Virus record (IMG/VR): IMGVR_UViG_3300025087_001783
Location: 1-57,089 of that record
DNA from: a virus
Taxonomy: Duplodnaviria; Caudoviricetes
DNA length: 57,089 nucleotides
Strand: one strand, 5' to 3'
The first letter of the stretch is position 1. Each line of letters begins with the position of its first letter. Below the pieces are notes generated by a model that was given only the letters and a program-made list of their open reading frames with translations, was not told where the DNA came from and did no database searches. The translations under genes were made by a program, and so were the position numbers. Positions 45,141 to 54,473 of this stretch are shown here, one piece after another.

Positions 45141-45853
45141 CTATTATCTTCGATAATGACGCGACCACCAAGCTGGTGCTTGAATGGCAGCAGAGCGGTG
45201 ATCAAGAAGTTCTAGACGCAATCTTCCAAAATACCAGGGCATTAATTGAGGCAATTGTTAGTTCGTACGATTCTACATGTAGAGCGGACTTAATACAAGT
45301 TGCATCAGTTAAGTTGCAGTATGCCTTGAAGTATTTTAATCCGAGGATTGCGTGTCTTCACACATATTTTACTACTGTAATCCATAATGAGTGCAAAACC
45401 TATGTGCGTAGGCACGCGCGTCAAGACGGCATGCTGGATAATTTGGAGATGTTCGAAGAATGTGCAGGTGATTTGGAGCCAACGCTCGATGATGACAGCA
45501 TGCTGGAGGATCTTATGCTGCGCAACCGTAGACGATTTCCAAGTTTTGACACATGTGTAATTGATGACATTACCACATATATCTATGACGCGTTGCAAGG
45601 TAATTTGTTTAGTAGTACACGCAAACTGATAGCAGACCTCGTGCTGCGGTATGATTTGCCAAAGCCAGTGGCGACCATTGTGTATCAGAGCACCTTAGTT
45701 TACCTGCGATCATTAGCGATGACGAAAATCGTACGGTCTGAGTGCAAGCTGGACGAGTTTTCCATTCACCAGGATTTGAGAGAGATAATGGGGGAAGATG
45801 TATATGCAAAATTGTCGTTATTGTTTAGCAATATCACCCTAAAATTGAATTAG
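45137..45853 (+). CDS. Sigma70-like factor (region 2), possible late sigma factor
   Basis: WQQSGD....AI..LIEAI..DLIQ..AL.YFNP..LHTYF..IHN pattern; TTG start; immediately precedes the late-promoter motif. Confidence 0.6.
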   Translation: MTIIFDNDATTKLVLEWQQSGDQEVLDAIFQNTRALIEAIVSSYDSTCRADLIQVASVKLQYALKYFNPRIACLHTYFTTVIHNECKTYVRRHARQDGMLDNLEMFEECAGDLEPTLDDDSMLEDLMLRNRRRFPSFDTCVIDDITTYIYDALQGNLFSSTRKLIADLVLRYDLPKPVATIVYQSTLVYLRSLAMTKIVRSECKLDEFSIHQDLREIMGEDVYAKLSLLFSNITLKLN

Positions 45854-45855
45854 CA

Positions 45856-45879
45856 AAAGTATATATATTATATTTGGAG
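45856..45879 (+). promoter_or_regulatory. Putative late promoter plus RBS, copy 2
   Basis: AAAGTATATATATTATATTtGGAG, matches 3816-3839. Confidence 0.7.
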
Positions 45880-45884
45880 TATGT

Positions 45885-46403
45885 ATGTCTATTGTGTTCA
45901 AAGCTATCAAGCCTTCAAGATTACGACAGGATGCCATGCGTTTGGCCATGCTGAGTTTGATGCACAGGGTTGGGCGGGAAATGAAAAAGGATTTTGAGGC
46001 AACACAGGACACATGGCAACCAGAAGACAAGGCAAAGTTTGATTCCTTGATTAGTATGTCAGGTGGTGGTCCAACAGTTGTTGTAGCACCTAACGAAAAT
46101 GGTGATGTGTGGACGATAGTTAATAACGGTGCACCTCCGCATGACATACCGCTTGAGCCAAAGACAGATGGATTCCTGGTTTTCCAAACAGGTTATAAAC
46201 CCAAAACCGTACCAGGAGTGATCGGCAGTGTACAGGGTGGAAAATTTGGAGGTTATACCAAGCGCAAAAGCGTGCATCATCCAGGGCACGAAGGCAGGAA
46301 ATTTACAGTTGCAATACAGAAAAAGTGGCTCCCGAAATTCAAGCGCATGGCAGAAGACACCATGCGTGAGGTTGCCAAAAAGTCCGGTCATGGAGTGCGT
46401 TGA
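45885..46403 (+). CDS. Neck/tail-completion protein (HK97 gp10-like)
   Basis: G.PPHDI and KSVHHPG..F motifs; start of the tail operon. Confidence 0.55.
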   Translation: MSIVFKAIKPSRLRQDAMRLAMLSLMHRVGREMKKDFEATQDTWQPEDKAKFDSLISMSGGGPTVVVAPNENGDVWTIVNNGAPPHDIPLEPKTDGFLVFQTGYKPKTVPGVIGSVQGGKFGGYTKRKSVHHPGHEGRKFTVAIQKKWLPKFKRMAEDTMREVAKKSGHGVR

Positions 46404-46756
46404 TGGATGTAAAAATTGTTGGCAGGGAAAATGGAAAAGTACTTGTTGAGTGGCGCGAGGATGGATGTTTGCGTCGTGGCATAGTCCCAGAGGAGGTTGT
46501 GAATGGAGAAGTCATAGACGATGAGTTGCTGTCGTTGGCAATTACTTACGGCATCGATTTCGAGTTCTTGTTAGAGCAAGCCTTGGACAATGTCACACCG
46601 CAAGCCATTACCTGCCGGCTCCATAATGCAGGTATTTGGACTTATGAAGACATGCGCGCTAATCCTACGGTGGTGCGTGGGGTGATCATGGCCGCGTATG
46701 GCGTTGATTTTCAAACACTGTATAGAATTGCAGAAGAAAACAAGACCCGGAGGTAA
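46400..46756 (+). CDS. Hypothetical tail-module protein
   Basis: Coupled ORF in the tail operon. Confidence 0.6.
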   Translation: MMDVKIVGRENGKVLVEWREDGCLRRGIVPEEVVNGEVIDDELLSLAITYGIDFEFLLEQALDNVTPQAITCRLHNAGIWTYEDMRANPTVVRGVIMAAYGVDFQTLYRIAEENKTRR

Positions 46757-46758
46757 AC

Positions 46759-48258
46759 ATGGGCGATTTTGCATTAGCAGGTGAGGGTGCCATCTGGGTA
46801 CAAAAAGATGGCCCGAACACGGAACCAAAATATATGGGATGTCACGAAACTGGTGACATCTCCGAGCCGCGTGGCGATGTCAAGCTGTACTACTGCCCTG
46901 ATCCCAACCAGATCAACAAGTGGGTAGTGTCTGACAGCGGTCAGGGTGCGCCAGGGCTTGTTACTACCAGTATTGCCACCAGGCTGCGGGCAGTCAAGGA
47001 CGAGCTGGACTCCATGGTTTGTCCAGGAGCCATCTATGTCCATCATGTCAGCTGTGGCAAGCCAAACGTTTTCGACGCGTATGACTACACGTTCCTGCTC
47101 CGGCGACCGCGCGTCACTCAGCGTACATTATCAAAACTGACTGCCAGGGTGCCTGATAGTCAGGATGAGAGTCTGAAGGCATACGAAATCAGCGCTGAGA
47201 GCATTGACGATCTGTTCAAATTCACGCTTACCAGTGTTGAGAATTCGCAGGTTGACAGCTTGCTGGACGTTACCAGTTGCGACGCGGAGCAGTGTGCTGG
47301 CGACTGCGGTGATGCAGTGCGCCTGGGAACTAACGTGTATGGCGCCAGTGGTACGCGCTCCGGCTCTCCTGTCAACATGAGCGAGGTTATCAACAGCGAT
47401 GATGGTGGCGGCACGTGGTCAGCGCTGGCACAATATCCATTCCTGGCTGGCGAGGTTATTGCATCCATCCGCTGCATGAAAATCGATGACGAGACTACTC
47501 GTATCATCGTGGCGCGTGGTACGATTGATGCAGCCAACCCGATGGAAATCGCGTACAGTGACGACGGTGGGGCAACCTGGACACACGTTGATGTTGGTAG
47601 TACCAACGGGCAGTATGCTCTTGGTCCCAAGGCACTGTTCGTCCTGGATTACTACAATATCTGGCTGTGCACCAGCGGTGGTTACATCTATTTCTCTAGC
47701 GATGGCGGTGCTAGCTGGACCGCTCAGACCAGCGGTGGCTTGACCACCCAGGATCTGCGCGCTATTGAAATGGCAGATGAGAAAAACGGATGGGCTGTTG
47801 GCGACAGCAATGCTATCCTCAAAACCACCACGCAGGATGCCAACGGGCAAAATATTTGGGCAGTGGTGACTGGTCCTGCGGGACAGGCTGCTGACAATAT
47901 TTACTCTGTGGCAGTGTTTAGCCAGTATCGTTGCTGGATCACCTACAGCGACAACGAACTGTGGTACACTCGTGATGGCGGTGACAACTGGAGCCAGCGT
48001 ACTTATGGCGCAGTGACTGGTGGAAGCGTGTCATACATCAGCTTTTACGACGAGTGGGTTGGCGTGCTGGTGTACAACTCCGCAGCATCTGTTGGTACAC
48101 TGTATGTAACCATCAACGGTGGCTATACTTGGAAGGCGCTGAGCACCCCAACTAATGCTGGGCTGAACGCGGCCATCATGCCGACGCCGACCCTGCTGTA
48201 TGCGGTTGGAAATGTGTACAGTGGTTCTGCCATGATCATTCGCGGCAGCGGTGGATAA
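46759..48258 (+). CDS. Major tail (tube) protein with C-terminal BNR/Asp-box beta-propeller
   Basis: GGAGG RBS, capsid-like codon bias, position before chaperone and TMP; repeats SDDGGGTW, SDDGGATW, SSDGGASW, TRDGGDNW, TINGGYTW. Confidence 0.65.
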   Translation: MGDFALAGEGAIWVQKDGPNTEPKYMGCHETGDISEPRGDVKLYYCPDPNQINKWVVSDSGQGAPGLVTTSIATRLRAVKDELDSMVCPGAIYVHHVSCGKPNVFDAYDYTFLLRRPRVTQRTLSKLTARVPDSQDESLKAYEISAESIDDLFKFTLTSVENSQVDSLLDVTSCDAEQCAGDCGDAVRLGTNVYGASGTRSGSPVNMSEVINSDDGGGTWSALAQYPFLAGEVIASIRCMKIDDETTRIIVARGTIDAANPMEIAYSDDGGATWTHVDVGSTNGQYALGPKALFVLDYYNIWLCTSGGYIYFSSDGGASWTAQTSGGLTTQDLRAIEMADEKNGWAVGDSNAILKTTTQDANGQNIWAVVTGPAGQAADNIYSVAVFSQYRCWITYSDNELWYTRDGGDNWSQRTYGAVTGGSVSYISFYDEWVGVLVYNSAASVGTLYVTINGGYTWKALSTPTNAGLNAAIMPTPTLLYAVGNVYSGSAMIIRGSGG

Positions 48259-48281
48259 GTAGTAGTACGCTCGGGTTTTAT

Positions 48282-48341
48282 ACCAGTCATTGGGATGGAT
48301 GCATTGGGACGTCTCCCAGTGGCGTCCCAGTGACTGGTTTT
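48282..48341 (+). terminator. Long interrupted hairpin/terminator after the tail tube gene
   Basis: ACCAGTCATTGGGATG...CGTCCCAGTGACTGGT outer stem, CATTGGGA/TCCCAGTG inner stem, then T-run. Confidence 0.65.
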
Positions 48342-48366
48342 ATATTAGGAGAGGAGCAGTAAGGAA

Positions 48367-49201
48367 ATGAAGGGATACAATAAAAAATCGAATAATGGAA
48401 ATAAGGGGAATCAGCCAAAGACCAAGCGCGTGTTTCATACTACATCTACCGGCAAAACTGTGGAAATCGTTGGTATTGATCCAATGCTGCTTGACAGCAT
48501 CAGGGAAAGCATCGATTGGCCAGAGCATCCTCAATACAGCATCAAGATTGGCACGTCTGAGGAATGGCACGATCTCGATGAGGAAGTTGTCAAGCAGGAG
48601 GTTGAAGCTGGTAACATAGACCTGGCCCAGGAGTATCAGGCATTGCTGGATGGACACAAGCGCGCGCTCGTGGATGCCAATGCACTGCTCAATACGCGTG
48701 TCACACGTGCTATCCTGACAAAAGGTATCAAGGTTGATGTTGAAAATGACGAGGACTGGGCTGACACCCAGGAGTTCCTCGGCGTCGGCGCTGGAAAGAA
48801 CAAGCTGCAGCGCAAATACGATTACATTGTGTCGCAGGTTATTGGTATTGACACTGACTTATACGATCTAATGGAAAAAGTTATGGCACATACAGGTGTC
48901 CCACAGGAGCATCTGGACACTGCCAGGAGCATGTTTCGGGATCCGGTGGACGAAGGGAAAGAAAAGAACACCACTGGCGAAGCTGCCAAAGAAACAGGGC
49001 AATTGGGAGTATAACGCCAGTTTTGCATTGCTGCACACAGTCTTTGAATGGAAAAGGTTGCCATCGGAATTTGGTTTGTGTAAGCCGGACGAGGATTTGG
49101 TAATGATGATGGCATACAGTTCTGCAATTGAGGAGATGAAATCGTACGAGGCAATGGTTGCTGAGGAAGAGGCAGAACTGCGAAACGCTAGAGGTGCATG
49201 A
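48367..49201 (+). CDS. Tail assembly chaperone (48367-49014) with probable +1 frameshift extension to 49201
   Basis: Sits between tube and TMP; the overlapping +1 ORF ends at the TMP start (ATGA); TTT-CGG at 48934-48939. Confidence 0.65.
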
Positions 49202-52200
49202 TGGAAGAAGTTGGTGTACAAGCTGTAATGAACACTGGCAGGTTCGATGCCGGTGTGAAATCGTACATTGCAGGTTTGGAAAATATGCGTATGCGAACAT
49301 TAGCGTTCGCAGTTACGGTTGGTAACCTCGCATCCAGAGCAATAGAAACGCTTGTACAAAAGCTGTATTCGTTCCTGCGTGGTGCTGCCGATGTTGCAGC
49401 ACGTGCGCAGTCATTGAGTTATGTGTTACAGATTGTTGGGCAGCGAGCAGGTTATACTGTAGAACAATTGGATGGGTATGTAGAGGCCTTACGTCAGACT
49501 GGTATTCAGACTGACGAGGCCTCTTCAGCCATCGTTCAGTTTATCAAAAATCAGCTGGATCTGACGCAAGTTACAAAGCTGGCGCGTGTTGCGCAAGATG
49601 CTGCTGTTATTGGTAATGTAAACTCCTCAGAGGCATTCAACAGAATTATTTATGGTATGACAACATACCAGACTGAGATCTTGCGTGGTATTGGCATACA
49701 GATACGCATGGATGATGCCATGAAAAAGTATGCTGAGACTATCGATAAGACAGCAAGTTCGTTGACAAACGCAGAGCGCACGCAAGCAATTATGAACGCC
49801 ATCCTCGAAGAGGGTGAGAAGATTGCTGGCTCTTATGAAGCAGCCATGCAAACGCCAGGAAAACAACTCAGCTCTTTGTCACGTGATATCTATGAGTTGA
49901 CGCGCGTTGCTGGCGAGCCGTTCTTGGTTGCGTTTGCTAACATTGTTGGTATTATGCGTGAAGTTGCTCAGGCAATGCGTAAGTTGTTAGAAGAGGGCGG
50001 TGCTTTGCATGGAGTGATGGTTGCGTTGGGTGGCGCGCTTGCCGCACTAACAGGAATATTGCGCGACAATGTTTCAGCTTGGTTGAAGGTTGTAACAGGT
50101 GCAGCCGATTTTTCATCAATCGTATCTAGTGCATTTGATACGGTTGCTGGCGGTATGAGCAGGGCTGCTAGGAATGTTGGCAAAACGCTTGATGGTACAT
50201 CTCAAGATTTTGATGAGATGGCAAGGCGCATGACAGAAGCTGGCGCGGCTGTTGCCAGGAGCGTTGAAGAAACCCACAAGACCACTGCTGAAGAGTTTAT
50301 TGATATGGCTGCAGACGCTGCAGATTGGGGTGCTAACATTGTCATTAGCTTGGCAAACGGCATTATAGCAGGTGCCACAGCTGTTATCAATGCCATGGCT
50401 TACATCTACCAGATTATTGCCAGCCTGTTGATGCCAGGTTCTCCTCCTAAACTACTGCCTGATATTGATAAATGGGGTGCTGCAGCGATAACTGTATACA
50501 TGGAAGGTTGGCGTAATGCCGACTTCTCTGTGTTCAAGGATATTTCCAATATCGTCAGCAGCTTTTTGCGGTCGTTGGGTGATAATGATATTGCAGAAAA
50601 GGATGTTATTCCAACGATCCTTGGCTCACGCGCTGCAATTATGGATACCATCAATTTAGTCAGGGCAACTGGCAAAGTCACTGATGACATGCTGTCCAAT
50701 TTGATGAGCAAACTTGGGCCAGTGTCTGACGAGTTTAGTGCCTTTATCAAGAATACATTGATGCAAGAGGCAGCATCTAAGAGACTGGCTGACGCTCAAA
50801 AACGCTTGAATGACGTCACGATGTTCTATGATGATGTATTACGAGAGCTGAACGCACAGCTTGCAGATGCATCTGATACCTATGATGAGAACAAGCGTTT
50901 GGTGGAAATTGAAGAGGCTATGGCATCGGGTTTGCTGACGCAAAGCGAGATGGCAGACCTGTCAAATGAGCGACGTAAGATTCTGCTGCGCCAGCAAATA
51001 CGAGATGTTGAGGCGCTGAAGGATACAGCAGTTGCTGCTGAGGAGGAGAAGGTTGAAGCTGCTGCCGATGAAGTAAACGCGATAGCAATGCAAATTGCTG
51101 CACAAAAAGAGCTGATTAATGTTCAGATAGAGCAAAACGAGCTGATTAAGCAGCAGATTGCATTGATGGAGCGTTTGGCAGAATCCGCAAAGCGTGGAGG
51201 TGGAGGAGGTGGAGGAGGTGGTCAAGAACTGCCTATACCTGCTGGTGGAGGTGGCGGTGGTGATCTGAGTATTACTGATGCCATGTCAGATGCTATCAAA
51301 AAAGCTGAGCGCAGGATCCGTATCAGGTTGATGCTGATGTGGAAAAACATTGCCAGCAGTTTCAGAGAGAGCACTGCCCCGCTTACAGAGGCTTGGAACA
51401 ATATACAGGAAAAGTTCTCTGTTATATTTGATCCTATCAAAGAAATTGCCATTAATGCATTTAACGCTATTGGAAATGCACTGTCGTATGTTTGGACACA
51501 GTATATTATGCCAATTGTTAATGGCATTATTGATCTTTTCCAATGGCAGTTACCAGAGGCAACATCTGTATGGCAAGATGTGCTGGCAAATACTTTTGCG
51601 CCAGCCATTGAAAAGATTTGGTTGGCCATACAAGAAAATCTTATGCCTATATTGGCAGAGTTGAAGGCATGGCTGGATACCAATCTGCCGATTGCTATTG
51701 AAGTTGCTAGTGCATATTGGAAAGAAGTATTGTGGCCAGCAATCAGCGAGTTGATGACGTACATATACGAAACGGTGGTGCCGTTATTAGCAGATCTGGT
51801 TGTTTGGTTGATAGAGCAGATTCCAGTTGCGTTGCAAACAGCCAGTGATTACTGGACAGACGTATTGCAACCAGCACTAGAAGCTGTGTGGGATTTCATG
51901 TCCACAAAAGTCATCCCGACTGTTGCTGATATTGTCAATTGGTTGGCAGTAAATGTTCCTGCTGCAATTAGCACATCCAGTGATTTTTGGACTGGAACGT
52001 TGCAACCTGCTATGCAAAGCGTTTGGGATTTTATTGATACATATTTGCTGCCAATATTTAGTGTGGTTATCGATATTGTTGAGATAACTCTTGGTATTGC
52101 ACTTGAAAATTGTGCAGTATCGTGGGGTATTGTAGTTGCTGCCATGATTGGTGTGCGCAACTACATTCAAGAAGATCTTGGTCCGAAAATTGAATGGCTT

Positions 52201-52713
52201 ACAGATAACGTGCTAACACCGTTATTTGAATTTGTCAGGGATGATCTTGGTCCGAAAATACAGTGGTTGAAGAACAGCGTGTTTGTACCTCTTGGCACTG
52301 CATTGGAGGGTGGCGTAAAGCGCGCGTTGAAGTGGGTGTATGACATGCTAGTGAACCTTAAGGAATTGCTAGGTAATTTTGAATTACCACCTTGGTTGCA
52401 ACCAGGCAGTCCTACACCATTTGAGAATGGGTTGGTAGGAATTGGCCATGCACTGAAGACGCTGTATGACAAGGATTTGCCAAGGTTCAGCGGTGTTTTG
52501 GAACACAAGTTTGCAAACCAAGATATGAGTGCTATGCTTGGTATGGTACGAGGATCAATGCGATCTGCGTCAACGGCTGTTAACAATGTGTATAACAACA
52601 CTACTGTGCAACGCAATATTACTATGGATATTGATCCACATTATCAAAACAGTCAATCTCCTGCTGACATACGCATGGATGTCAGTGCAGCGTTGTTTGC
52701 AATGAGGATATAA
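49198..52713 (+). CDS. Tape measure protein
   Basis: 1171 aa, Ala-rich helical, periodic Trp repeats, GSP motifs, follows the chaperone. Confidence 0.9.
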   Translation: MMEEVGVQAVMNTGRFDAGVKSYIAGLENMRMRTLAFAVTVGNLASRAIETLVQKLYSFLRGAADVAARAQSLSYVLQIVGQRAGYTVEQLDGYVEALRQTGIQTDEASSAIVQFIKNQLDLTQVTKLARVAQDAAVIGNVNSSEAFNRIIYGMTTYQTEILRGIGIQIRMDDAMKKYAETIDKTASSLTNAERTQAIMNAILEEGEKIAGSYEAAMQTPGKQLSSLSRDIYELTRVAGEPFLVAFANIVGIMREVAQAMRKLLEEGGALHGVMVALGGALAALTGILRDNVSAWLKVVTGAADFSSIVSSAFDTVAGGMSRAARNVGKTLDGTSQDFDEMARRMTEAGAAVARSVEETHKTTAEEFIDMAADAADWGANIVISLANGIIAGATAVINAMAYIYQIIASLLMPGSPPKLLPDIDKWGAAAITVYMEGWRNADFSVFKDISNIVSSFLRSLGDNDIAEKDVIPTILGSRAAIMDTINLVRATGKVTDDMLSNLMSKLGPVSDEFSAFIKNTLMQEAASKRLADAQKRLNDVTMFYDDVLRELNAQLADASDTYDENKRLVEIEEAMASGLLTQSEMADLSNERRKILLRQQIRDVEALKDTAVAAEEEKVEAAADEVNAIAMQIAAQKELINVQIEQNELIKQQIALMERLAESAKRGGGGGGGGGQELPIPAGGGGGGDLSITDAMSDAIKKAERRIRIRLMLMWKNIASSFRESTAPLTEAWNNIQEKFSVIFDPIKEIAINAFNAIGNALSYVWTQYIMPIVNGIIDLFQWQLPEATSVWQDVLANTFAPAIEKIWLAIQENLMPILAELKAWLDTNLPIAIEVASAYWKEVLWPAISELMTYIYETVVPLLADLVVWLIEQIPVALQTASDYWTDVLQPALEAVWDFMSTKVIPTVADIVNWLAVNVPAAISTSSDFWTGTLQPAMQSVWDFIDTYLLPIFSVVIDIVEITLGIALENCAVSWGIVVAAMIGVRNYIQEDLGPKIEWLTDNVLTPLFEFVRDDLGPKIQWLKNSVFVPLGTALEGGVKRALKWVYDMLVNLKELLGNFELPPWLQPGSPTPFENGLVGIGHALKTLYDKDLPRFSGVLEHKFANQDMSAMLGMVRGSMRSASTAVNNVYNNTTVQRNITMDIDPHYQNSQSPADIRMDVSAALFAMRI

Positions 52714-52717
52714 GCTC

Positions 52718-53653
52718 ATGCATCGATCACAGCAAATAGAGTTCCACGACTATATATCTCCTGATGGGCGCACATATCGGTTTGATAATCGTAACGATAG
52801 ATTTGTGTATGCGTTTGAGGGTGATGGCATGCCTGACATAGACTACATCACTCAGCAAGGTCCTGGTCAGCATGGCGAGACAGTTATTGATTATCAATTG
52901 AAGCCCAGGACTATACAGTTATTGCACAGGCGCAATGGTTGTGGTAGAAGTAATTATTGGGACAACCGTGCTGACATGTTGAATTTACTACGTCCTAACA
53001 GGCAGTCCTACGGTAGTGTTAATCCAGGCAGGTTGCGCAGACGTTTGCCTGGTGGGACAGTGCGAGATATTGATGTATTTATCATGCCAACCACTCCCAA
53101 GTTCTCGGCGCGTCCTGAAGATTCCTACGATGAGTTTGGCATTTCAGAGGTGATTAGATTTTACGCACCTGATCCAACATACTATGATCCCACGCAGGTT
53201 TGTTTGGAGTGGACATTAGCATCGCAAGATCATCTAATATTTCCAATAACGTTTCCTATTATGTTTGGCACGTCTGTTATCGATGCAGATCTGGTGGTGA
53301 CGTATGCAGGGACGTGGTTGGCATATCCAACTATTGAGATCACTGGTCCAATTTCAGGTTTGGAAATAATCAATGAGACATTAGGTAAAACCTTGGCACT
53401 CAATTATGTGATCTCAGCTGGAGAAACCGTCACGATTAATTTAGCGTATGGCAACAAATCCGTCACCAGTGATATTGCTGGTAATCTTATTGGAGCATTG
53501 AAGGATGACGGTGAAGACCTGGTAGGGTTTTACTTGGCTCCGGATCCGGAGGCCAGCGGTGGCGTAAATGCATTGAATGTTGTTGGGGCAAGTGCGATTG
53601 TTGGTACTACGTCTGTTGAGATTGCGTATTATACGCGATACATAGGCATATGA
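52718..53653 (+). CDS. Distal tail protein (Dit-like)
   Basis: Follows TMP; PRTI.L, F.APDP.YY, FPITFP, G...AYP.I.ITGP motifs. Confidence 0.75.
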   Translation: MHRSQQIEFHDYISPDGRTYRFDNRNDRFVYAFEGDGMPDIDYITQQGPGQHGETVIDYQLKPRTIQLLHRRNGCGRSNYWDNRADMLNLLRPNRQSYGSVNPGRLRRRLPGGTVRDIDVFIMPTTPKFSARPEDSYDEFGISEVIRFYAPDPTYYDPTQVCLEWTLASQDHLIFPITFPIMFGTSVIDADLVVTYAGTWLAYPTIEITGPISGLEIINETLGKTLALNYVISAGETVTINLAYGNKSVTSDIAGNLIGALKDDGEDLVGFYLAPDPEASGGVNALNVVGASAIVGTTSVEIAYYTRYIGI

Positions 53654-53668
53654 GATTGGAGGATTGTC

Positions 53669-54469
53669 ATGACTGAGAAAAGTTTTGTTTGGGGTGGAAT
53701 TTCTGTCGGGGATGCTACACTTGCACCCTATGATGATGATGAGTTTAGCGACATGTTGGCATTGCTGCTGCAATATGACAGGACTGTGCAGGGTATTGTC
53801 AAAACTGCGCATACATCGTACAGCAGCAATCTAGAGGTCACCAACCCAGCTGGTGATACAATTCGAGTTGGCACTGGTGCAGCGTTTGTCGATGGGAAAC
53901 TGTACACAAATAACGCAGCAATAGATTTTGACTTTTCTGCCTATGCAAATGGAACGTATTATGTTGCATTGCGCAAGGCTTTTGCTGCACAAACTGTCAG
54001 GGCTGTAATCGTGTCAGGTGTTACTCAAACCGATGGTTCTACGTGGGAGATTGCCATTGCTACGGTTGTGAAGGCTGGTGCAGGATCCTATACCATCACT
54101 GACACTCGCAAATACCTGCCATCTACTGCTGCACCTGTATATAAAGGTAGGCAGGGTGGGGATGCCAGTGATTGGAATGTTTATGGTACAACTGATTATG
54201 TACCAGGTAATGTGATTATTCAATCCGGATTTTGTGCCATTGATATTGCGAATGGTAATACTGATGGTCCATACGGTGTCACATTTCCAAAACCATTTTC
54301 GCAGCCTCCACACGTGTTTGCTGTTCCATCATCTTCCATAGACCCTGACACTGCTGCAGTTATGATTAGTACTGTCACAGCAACAACCGTTGTCATTATT
54401 GCAAATCGTGCTGGAAGTACTGGCGATATTACAACTGGTGTTTATTGGATGGCTATAGGACCTGAATAA
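53669..54469 (+). CDS. Minor tail/baseplate protein with C-terminal H-lectin/gp53-like domain
   Basis: V..GAAFVDG, ITDTR, IQSG..VTFPKPFSQPP..YWMAIG. Confidence 0.6.
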   Translation: MTEKSFVWGGISVGDATLAPYDDDEFSDMLALLLQYDRTVQGIVKTAHTSYSSNLEVTNPAGDTIRVGTGAAFVDGKLYTNNAAIDFDFSAYANGTYYVALRKAFAAQTVRAVIVSGVTQTDGSTWEIAIATVVKAGAGSYTITDTRKYLPSTAAPVYKGRQGGDASDWNVYGTTDYVPGNVIIQSGFCAIDIANGNTDGPYGVTFPKPFSQPPHVFAVPSSSIDPDTAAVMISTVTATTVVIIANRAGSTGDITTGVYWMAIGPE

Positions 54470-54473
54470 TTAT

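Noticed and set aside
48955-48961. Lambda-like GGGAAAG slippery sequence in the tail chaperone
   Set aside because: Read as GGG AAA G in the zero frame (wrong phase), and the downstream ORF is in the +1 frame, not -1.
51195-51261. GGN repeats in the tape measure gene
   Set aside because: Encode a poly-Gly linker, common in tape measure proteins; not a DNA-level element.
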